Shown one piece after another: positions 25,996 to 32,474 of a stretch of DNA of 32,474 bases. The position numbers and the translations under genes are program-made. Positions within the stretch are counted from its first letter, which is position 1. Each line of letters begins with the position of its first letter. The stretch is taken from the IMG/VR virus record IMGVR_UViG_3300032321_000801; one strand, given 5' to 3'. The notes under the pieces are model-generated. The model did not search any database. It had not been told where the DNA came from and worked only from the letters and a program-made list of their open reading frames with translations. This stretch comes from an uncultured virus (IMG/VR IMGVR_UViG_3300032321_000801). Lineage: Duplodnaviria; Heunggongvirae; Uroviricota; Caudoviricetes.

Positions 25996-26917
25996 TTTGC
26001 GCAGCCCTCTCTTCGTGCCGTTGCATAGATTTGCGACCAGCAATCGAGTTATCGAACTGCCGTCCATCCGAAGCATACACGAACTCGTCAATGTCAGAAA
26101 CCTCCGACACACTCACCTGGCTCAAGTCGGTCTTAAACGTATTCAGAAATCGCCCGATAATCGCGCCTGAGTTCTCCAACGCATCGCGGTAGTTATACGG
26201 GTCCTCAAAGAACTGTCGCACCAGCGCGAGTTCAATTACCGCTGTCGTGTAGCCCTTGGCGCGATACCCGCGCAACGCACCTGCAAGTTTGTTTGCATTA
26301 ACCAAGCCTGGTGTCATCGGGTTCTTTTTTGCCAGCATCCGCGTGAACTCATACGCCACATCGGTTGGGGTCCATTCTTCTTCCGACCGCCATAATCTTG
26401 TGTTCGGGTCTTTCTTTGAAACTGGTCGACCTTTGGGCTTTGCCACTTCCTCCTCGAACAAACCAAAGCCACCGATGTTGTCATCGCCGCTCGTGTCCTC
26501 GCCCCGTGTGTAATGCATTTTTCCTCCCGTTTTTGCAAAAGAATACGAAGTATTCTTTTTTACCACTGTTAAGTAGTTCACACTATCAATAGTTAAGCAG
26601 TCAACTGTTGATGCCTCTTTTTCGAGGCATTGCTCCTCTTCTGCCAATGCCTCGTTTTCGAGGTGTTCTCCGATGAAATATCGGTTGTACGACTTGTAAC
26701 CCAAGTTGCGTTTCCGTCTCTCGGTTCGCAAAATCTCATGACCTTCGAGTCCCCTGATGGCACGACGAAGCGCCTCTCGTTTGAGGTCGGTCAGCAATCC
26801 CAGTTCATCCAAAGAAATATCCGCGACGGAATGACGCGACACATGAAGGAGAGTCGCTAAGACTCTAAACTCAGTACTTGTTAATTGCTTAGTGAAAAAG
26901 TATTCAGGAAGGTTCAC
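25985..26917 (-). CDS. Replication initiator (N-terminal winged HTH)
   Basis: LTSTEFRVL...SLDELGLLT.L.RE.LRRAIRGLE...NRY; directly upstream of the loader; GAGGAG RBS. Confidence 0.75.
   Translation of the reverse strand: MNLPEYFFTKQLTSTEFRVLATLLHVSRHSVADISLDELGLLTDLKREALRRAIRGLEGHEILRTERRKRNLGYKSYNRYFIGEHLENEALAEEEQCLEKEASTVDCLTIDSVNYLTVVKKNTSYSFAKTGGKMHYTRGEDTSGDDNIGGFGLFEEEVAKPKGRPVSKKDPNTRLWRSEEEWTPTDVAYEFTRMLAKKNPMTPGLVNANKLAGALRGYRAKGYTTAVIELALVRQFFEDPYNYRDALENSGAIIGRFLNTFKTDLSQVSVSEVSDIDEFVYASDGRQFDNSIAGRKSMQRHEERAAQNDV
26531..26663. promoter_or_regulatory. Candidate replication origin inside the initiator gene
   Basis: AT-rich perfect inverted repeat 26537-26559; direct repeats at 26568/26592 and 26611/26647. 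Confidence 0.55.
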
Positions 26918-27041
26918 TTGGCTCCTCGTCGATGGCTAATGCTGCCACCACGAAGAGTTCTGCCAACTTGGTGACTTCTTCACCGTTGGCATTAGGAAAC
27001 CACGCCTCAATCATTTTGCGTACTTCTTTAGTGCTAACCAC
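26904..27041 (-). CDS. 45-aa hypothetical protein (MVSTKEVRKMIEAWFP...)
   Basis: Translated by hand; overlaps both neighbours; GAGGG upstream. Confidence 0.55.
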   Translation of the reverse strand: MVSTKEVRKMIEAWFPNANGEEVTKLAELFVVAALAIDEEPSEPS

Positions 27042-27309
27042 GTCGCCCTCTTCTAATTTCGGTTACTCCAGTATCAATGTTCGTAACCAATACAACAACT
27101 GTCAATGAGATGAACGCCGAAGCAAGCCCACCTATAAACATCATGCCGCCACTGGTGCCGAGTACCCAATGATATATGAAGACCAAAGGAATTGTTGCCC
27201 AACTCTTAATCGTCCGCGTGTCGAACGGCGTAAAGTTCAGGCTCCCGATGAATTCCGTAGAAAACGCGGTGGCTAATCCAACAATAAGTATGACGATTAA
27301 AGTGTCCAT
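27034..27309 (-). CDS. Small membrane protein (about 3 TM, basic C-terminus), possible holin
   Basis: Three hydrophobic segments and an RRGRRG tail; no endolysin in the window. Confidence 0.6.
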   Translation of the reverse strand: MDTLIVILIVGLATAFSTEFIGSLNFTPFDTRTIKSWATIPLVFIYHWVLGTSGGMMFIGGLASAFISLTVVVLVTNIDTGVTEIRRGRRG

Positions 27310-27321
27310 GAGAGAATCTTA
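27310..27321 (-). promoter_or_regulatory. Putative -10 box (TAAGAT) 6 nt before ATG, at the head of the replication gene run
   Basis: TAAGAT at 27316-27321 overlaps the tail gene stop; 6-nt spacer; no SD. Confidence 0.5.
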
Positions 27322-29751
27322 CTCTGCAAACCCCAAACATGTGGAGTCAAAAATGGTGCCTAATTCAGAAACCACGTAATATGGTGCGCCACTAGGAAGT
27401 TGGTTAGGTAAGTTTTGAATCAACGCAGGAAGTTTGTAGTTCTTTGCCGCGTATCCAATTGACTTGGAGTTGTTTACGGTACCTGTCCACAGTGCGTCGA
27501 GGTTTGAGCCGTCAAAATAATCAGAAGCAAAGTAACGCGGCTCCAACTGCACGGCGTCTAAATAAAGCGAACCAGTAAACGACGCACTTGTGATAGAAAT
27601 ATCAAGTTGGGGGGTTGACACACTTTGGGGGATAAAGATGGTCGAAGTAACCCGAACCCAATCCGTTCCTACCGATGTCACGCCAGTAACGTCGGTGACT
27701 CCAGTAATGCCGCCAATAGTGGTAGTTACGTTGACTGTTGTGGAAGCCTTTACGTAGTAGGACAGCGTCCAGTAACTATTATTAGTAATGGCAATGTTGG
27801 CAATAGCCGCCGAGACCGCAGAAGAAGAACCAGTTAATTTTAAAGATTGTGTTCCTGTAATTACGCCCACTGGTGTGTCCGTGTCCGTAGTTGCCGTTCC
27901 AGTAGTCGTCCAACCCGTTCCTGGTGTACCGTGCTCAAACGATGGGTTAGGAATAAAATTTTGTTTTGTAGAGTTTAGTTTCAGCAAAAGACCACGAGGC
28001 TCGTAGTAATCGCTTGCCGAACTATTCTTTTCAAACTGGACCATATCTACATAACGAGTCCCGCTGGTTCCAAAAGCAATATTTAACGAAGCGTATGCCG
28101 CCCCAGTGGGAGCCACTTCGGTTTCGGCACCCCTTCCCCACGTTGTGGTTGCGCTATACGTACTTGAGGTTGTTGACAAAGAAGTACCGAATTGGTTATA
28201 CCAAGTGACAGATAGGGTGTCAGTTGATGTGCTAGACGCGGTTTTTAAATACGCACTGAACGTGTAGGTTTGTCCAGCCACAACAGGAATTCCCTTTGTG
28301 GTAGGAGCAGACGCGCCATTGGTAATAGAATCAGCGTTTGCGTTAACAATTACTTTTCCAGAATAAGTAGTATCAATTGCCAGCGCTTGCGCGGTAGGAA
28401 CCGCCGTTGCCGTTTCCGTAGCAATTGTTGAGGAGTTGCTGGCAATCCAGTTTCCAACACCCTTGTAAAAGGTTGCGTCTTGAACAGTCAACATCATGTT
28501 GCCCTTACCACCGTAAACGACAGCGTCATTTGCCGTTGTGTTTAGGTCTGCAGTGCTGCGCACAGTGGGTGCATATCCCGTGAGGTCTTCGGCAAATATC
28601 CCCATTGAATCTGATGTTCCCTTGCCAGAAACAATCTTTCGGGCATCCCGCGCCAATTTTCGACGGCTTTGGCTAAATTCAATGTTGTCACCAGGAAGAC
28701 CGTAATCCAACAGAGTGAGGTTAACAAGCGGTGGAAGTTGACGTTGCCCAGCAGGGTCGGGAAGCAACGCATCCAAGGCGGTGTACATTTCATCAACCGT
28801 AAACGAAACGCCATACATGAACTTATATATGTCAGTGGTCGGAGAAATTTCGCCTAACGAATCGTTTTCTCCCGACGTAATGACGCGAGGAAGAAAATGC
28901 ATCACTTTATCGTGCGTGTTTCTAGAACGGTTGTCTCCGCCAAGAACTTCATTGTGTTGGTCAGGAACAACCACAGTTACCGCGTCAATGCGTTTCCAGA
29001 AAAAACGAGAGTTATTAGAAACCGTCGTGTCCTCAAGCAAAACCCAAACCGAGTAGTGACAAGCACGACCCTCTACAATAGGCGTAGTGCCTGTTTGTTC
29101 TGGATAGTCAACATACGGTCCAGTAGTGGGGCTGCTATAAGTGGGAGTTTCTCCATCGCTGAGTTTAGTTTTATTTGTAATGACGGCGTCAACAAGGACG
29201 ACCCCATCCTCAGCAGTCTCTGAGATTCCCTGTTGGTTGCGAAGAAGGCGAAATCTAACAATAGGTTCCGTTGGAGTTCCGATGGGTCGCCCACTCCAAG
29301 AAAGTTTTACCTTTCCGTAATCCAACACGGTTGCTTCAAATGGAGCAATGCTAGGAGAAGCCTCAGCCGTTCCACCGTAGAGAAACCATCCTAAAAGACC
29401 AACACGACCGTAGTTTTCCACGGCGGTGGGCAAGGTCAGTCCCGAACCAGACGGTGCTGTTCCAAGCGCAACAGTAAACGTGTTTGACGTCATCGGTGTC
29501 GTAACGGTAAATTTTCCGTCAAATTCTTCGCGAGCGGCGGTAGTGGTGGTAGCCGTGTTTGAAACCGTGCCGATGATTTCAATTTTATCGCCAATTACAA
29601 AATTGTGGTTGAATAAAGCACCGTTGGCATTGACCCCGTCGTAATAGTCAATTCCTGTAGTGTAAGTTACGTTGAGACCAGCAACGGATACCGCACGAAT
29701 TTTAAACGTTTGATAGTAAAGGTTTACATTGCCACTGTCATATCTGACCAT
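27319..29751 (-). CDS. Baseplate/tail protein (tail-I-like core) with two carbohydrate-binding-module-like domains
   Basis: FLP...KFM...RRKLARDA..I..GKGT core; two repeats of the type NPSFE.G..GW...YTFSAY.K...W.R...Y.D.VQ.E...ASDY. Confidence 0.8.
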   Translation of the reverse strand: MVRYDSGNVNLYYQTFKIRAVSVAGLNVTYTTGIDYYDGVNANGALFNHNFVIGDKIEIIGTVSNTATTTTAAREEFDGKFTVTTPMTSNTFTVALGTAPSGSGLTLPTAVENYGRVGLLGWFLYGGTAEASPSIAPFEATVLDYGKVKLSWSGRPIGTPTEPIVRFRLLRNQQGISETAEDGVVLVDAVITNKTKLSDGETPTYSSPTTGPYVDYPEQTGTTPIVEGRACHYSVWVLLEDTTVSNNSRFFWKRIDAVTVVVPDQHNEVLGGDNRSRNTHDKVMHFLPRVITSGENDSLGEISPTTDIYKFMYGVSFTVDEMYTALDALLPDPAGQRQLPPLVNLTLLDYGLPGDNIEFSQSRRKLARDARKIVSGKGTSDSMGIFAEDLTGYAPTVRSTADLNTTANDAVVYGGKGNMMLTVQDATFYKGVGNWIASNSSTIATETATAVPTAQALAIDTTYSGKVIVNANADSITNGASAPTTKGIPVVAGQTYTFSAYLKTASSTSTDTLSVTWYNQFGTSLSTTSSTYSATTTWGRGAETEVAPTGAAYASLNIAFGTSGTRYVDMVQFEKNSSASDYYEPRGLLLKLNSTKQNFIPNPSFEHGTPGTGWTTTGTATTDTDTPVGVITGTQSLKLTGSSSAVSAAIANIAITNNSYWTLSYYVKASTTVNVTTTIGGITGVTDVTGVTSVGTDWVRVTSTIFIPQSVSTPQLDISITSASFTGSLYLDAVQLEPRYFASDYFDGSNLDALWTGTVNNSKSIGYAAKNYKLPALIQNLPNQLPSGAPYYVVSELGTIFDSTCLGFAE

Positions 29752-29760
29752 TTAATTTTC

Positions 29761-30150
29761 CTAAAAAGCAGAACCACCATCGATAGAGGGGAGCGTTATT
29801 GCGCCCGCACTCCCGACGGCAAAGTAAGTTTGGCTGTTTGCGTTGTTCGTAATTTCAAAAAGGTTGGCGGACTGAGACGTTTGCGCTCTAATGGCAAGCC
29901 CTCGCGTACTTGCTGCGGCGGGCACAACGACCGAGCCGCCAGCAGTGGCAACGTAATTTGTTGCGGAGGATTCAATTGCACCAATACGGGCGCTTACCGA
30001 GGCTGCATCGCCCTTTGGGTTTAGTCCAAGTGCGGCAGCAATTGCGTCGACCTCTTCGTACAAAATGTTAACGTCGACAGCATTGACGCCATCTTTTCCA
30101 TCAATTTGAGGGGTAAATGCGGGCAACTGAGTTGGGTAACGAGCAGTCAT
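29761..30150 (-). CDS. Minor tail / fibre-associated protein
   Basis: YPT.L..F...V.A.DVN.L.EEV.AI...LG.NP N-terminus; TAGGAG RBS; structural context. Confidence 0.7.
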   Translation of the reverse strand: MTARYPTQLPAFTPQIDGKDGVNAVDVNILYEEVDAIAAALGLNPKGDAASVSARIGAIESSATNYVATAGGSVVVPAAASTRGLAIRAQTSQSANLFEITNNANSQTYFAVGSAGAITLPSIDGGSAF

Positions 30151-30243
30151 TAAAACTCCTAAGTCTCTTTATCTATTGTCGCGTATTTACGCGGATTGTT
30201 CAGTGTTTATTTCTTGAAGCAAAAACGTTTGTTTAAGTTAAAA

Positions 30244-31374
30244 TTAAACGTTGCTATAGGCGTAGACCCAAACCTTACCCGTAAAGGTGTTGCTACTGTT
30301 TACAAAGAAAATACCGTCTGCAGAATCCCCCCCAGTGTGACTTCCCCCCAAAGAGACAGGAAAAGCACTTGTTGCACTCTCAGACAGTGACTGCCCAATA
30401 ACTGTTGTTGTTCTTGCGGTTTCAAATGGATGATTAATATCTAAAGTAGTAATTGGAGACATTGGGTTTCCTGCCCAACTCCATCCCGAAGTAGTGGCTG
30501 CACCTTGTGACGGCGTAAGGGTACCCGCACCAGAATAGTAAATCATTCCCGCGTAATAACTGGCGGTCGTTATTCTGTTACCTGGAACACCCCCAGACCA
30601 AGTTCCTGAACCTGTACCTGAAGTTAAAGACATCAATGAAGGCGTAAAAGAACTTGTAAACTCAATTTTTAATCTGTAATGAGTGTACGCAGAAGAAAAA
30701 ATGCCGCCAATGTACACGTAGTTTTTTGAAGAAAAACTAAAACTATTAGTAGTAGGGGTAGCCGCGTATGTCCACGATGTTGCGCCCGTAACCGCCGTCC
30801 CCGCGCTAGTAGGAATTACGGGCACCAATCCAGCCCCAGTAATCACGCCCGTCCCTCCCTTGGACTCAGGAAGAACACCCGTAATTGATGCTCCACCAAG
30901 GTCCAAGTCAAGGGAGTTGGTTGTTACAGAAGTAGTTCGACCGTATGCGTCGACCGTAATACTGGGGATGGCTGTTGACGAACCATAGGTATTGGCAGGA
31001 TTTGGAGAAAGCGCGGCAAGGCTAAGTGTGCCGCTAGTGGTAATTGGTGACGCGCCAGTTGAAGCGACAATGCCAGTGCCAGCGGTAATGCCCGTAACCG
31101 AACCTACTGTTGCCGCACTATCGAACGTTCCGACCCAAACAGGAAAGGATGGGTCACCACCTTCAAACTGAACCCAAACTCCACTTCCAATCTCTGGACT
31201 TGCTTCAGGTGCTCCTGGATTTCTGGATGCCCACGCCCAGTCCGTAACCGAACTCCCAAGTATTTGAGGAATTTGAAGTTTTACTCTTCCCTTACTTATC
31301 GGGTCGTCATTAGCAACGACGATTCCCCGATAAAGTCCAGGAAATCGTGCATTGCCGTAAGAATCAGTAAACAC
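30244..31374 (-). CDS. gp5/VgrG-type OB-fold fused to a fibre shaft and receptor-binding-like head
   Basis: GLYRGIVVANDDP..KGRVKLQIPQ...WA...PEIGSGVWVQFEGGDPSFPVWVG, then G/T/S-rich repeats and a beta-rich C-terminal domain. Confidence 0.85.
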   Translation of the reverse strand: MFTDSYGNARFPGLYRGIVVANDDPISKGRVKLQIPQILGSSVTDWAWASRNPGAPEASPEIGSGVWVQFEGGDPSFPVWVGTFDSAATVGSVTGITAGTGIVASTGASPITTSGTLSLAALSPNPANTYGSSTAIPSITVDAYGRTTSVTTNSLDLDLGGASITGVLPESKGGTGVITGAGLVPVIPTSAGTAVTGATSWTYAATPTTNSFSFSSKNYVYIGGIFSSAYTHYRLKIEFTSSFTPSLMSLTSGTGSGTWSGGVPGNRITTASYYAGMIYYSGAGTLTPSQGAATTSGWSWAGNPMSPITTLDINHPFETARTTTVIGQSLSESATSAFPVSLGGSHTGGDSADGIFFVNSSNTFTGKVWVYAYSNV

Positions 31375-31381
31375 TAAACTC

Positions 31382-32473
31382 CTAGGTGAACGAGTATGTA
31401 GTAGTGGAAAGACCGCCGCGTGAACTCACTTTGATGGAAACTGCGGAAACTCCAATTGCCAAAGTGTAAGAAACAGATTTAGTTCCGTTTGCGTTTGTCG
31501 TTACACCTCCCGCTGTTGCCGTGCCACCCGTTGCCGTAACGGTCAGGGAAGCGTTAGCACTGTACGTTACAGTTAGTGTTTTTGTTGCAGTTTCAATGGG
31601 GATTGTGTTGACGGCGTAAGATGTGGTGCCAGAATCAAACGTCGGGCTAATAGTTCCAGAGGACATTACTGCGCTAAATAATTGGCTTTCATTTCGGTAA
31701 TTAGTAGAGGCAGTCTTATCTAGCGTAAAGATAAAGATTTCTCCAGCGCCACCGATAAGGTGGGTTCGAGTTCCAGCACTTCCTCCGCTGAGATACAGTT
31801 CGGTTACACGGGCGGTAACCACCCCAGGGGTAGAACGAAGAACAAACTCAACGTCCTCAGGGTAAATGATTTGACCAAAAGCAGAATTTTCATAAGAAAA
31901 ATAAGAACTAAGAATAGACTGCATTGCAGAACGTATTTGATAATCAAGATATTGTTCGTGCTTTACATACTCGATAGAAAGAATTACGTCTTTGTATGTC
32001 GGCGGCTTGACAGTTACGGTCGTTCCGATAAGTTCTTTGCCACCAATAAACCCTTCTACACGAGACTTGAGCGTATCCCAATCACTATTGGTAGGCGTGG
32101 TACCCGCAACAAACGTACTTCCGTACAATGGGTAGCCAACCCCCGTAGAAGGAGCAACATAAACGTTTACAGAACTCCAAACGGCTGCTTCAGCGTTTGA
32201 CTTGCCAACGCCAGATACGCCCAACGCAAGACGCCTGTAGTCTTCTATGGTTACTGCGCGATTCTGGACGCGCAACGATTCAAGTGCACCGTTTCTAATA
32301 ACGGCGTCGGATTCTGGGTTTTCGCCACCACTTCCTCCCAATCCGTTTACCGCCTGAACAGAGGCAGATAAAACGGTGTTCCAAGTGTTTACTGTTGCCA
32401 GTGTTTGCCCAGGAATTTTCTCGACAACAAATACGGTGTTTGCGTCGATGTTGCCGTCTGTACCGCCACCTAC
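31382..32473 (-). CDS. Baseplate J-like wedge protein, 5'-truncated, with C-terminal cadherin-like domain
   Basis: Frame open to the window edge; VGGGTDGN, GG.NPESD..IR, RAVTIEDY, FGQ.I, PGV; ISPTFDSGTTSY in the tail. Confidence 0.9.
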   Translation of the reverse strand, partial: VGGGTDGNIDANTVFVVEKIPGQTLATVNTWNTVLSASVQAVNGLGGSGGENPESDAVIRNGALESLRVQNRAVTIEDYRRLALGVSGVGKSNAEAAVWSSVNVYVAPSTGVGYPLYGSTFVAGTTPTNSDWDTLKSRVEGFIGGKELIGTTVTVKPPTYKDVILSIEYVKHEQYLDYQIRSAMQSILSSYFSYENSAFGQIIYPEDVEFVLRSTPGVVTARVTELYLSGGSAGTRTHLIGGAGEIFIFTLDKTASTNYRNESQLFSAVMSSGTISPTFDSGTTSYAVNTIPIETATKTLTVTYSANASLTVTATGGTATAGGVTTNANGTKSVSYTLAIGVSAVSIKVSSRGGLSTTTYSFT

Positions 32474-32474
32474 A

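Noticed and set aside
12642..26112. Long N-terminal extensions in the ORF track (starts 12723, 14193, 15482, 17190, 19794, 22419, 26112)
   Set aside because: Most create large overlaps; downstream starts with RBS or stop-start coupling fit better.
1..32474. tRNA or other structured RNA genes
   Set aside because: Intergenic gaps are under about 100 nt and none shows a cloverleaf; a tRNAscan/Infernal run would be needed to exclude them fully.

Overview
This window is a gene-dense segment of a large tailed dsDNA phage. It is probably a contractile-tailed phage (baseplate J, gp5 OB-fold and tail-I-like genes) infecting Actinobacteria (two WhiB genes, a HicA-like gene and leaderless-type promoters). 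Positions 1-1182 hold a short + strand cluster of small regulatory genes. Almost everything else lies on the - strand. In transcription order from the right end: baseplate/tail genes (27319-32474); a near-complete replisome (initiator with an embedded origin candidate, DnaC-like loader, DnaB, primase, SNF2 helicase, SSB, family A polymerase with Leu at position 762); a recombination block (RecA, Hjc-type and RuvC-type resolvases, Cas4-like exonuclease, HNH endonuclease); a SpoVS homologue; about 5 kb of small unknown proteins; and a terminal module encoding a Pol-beta-type nucleotidyltransferase, an unknown protein, a HAD-like protein and a TGT/DpdA-fold protein fused to a Cys4 domain. That last module is the best candidate for an undescribed nucleic-acid modification or repair system. 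All protein calls are by-eye motif recognition; no searches were run.
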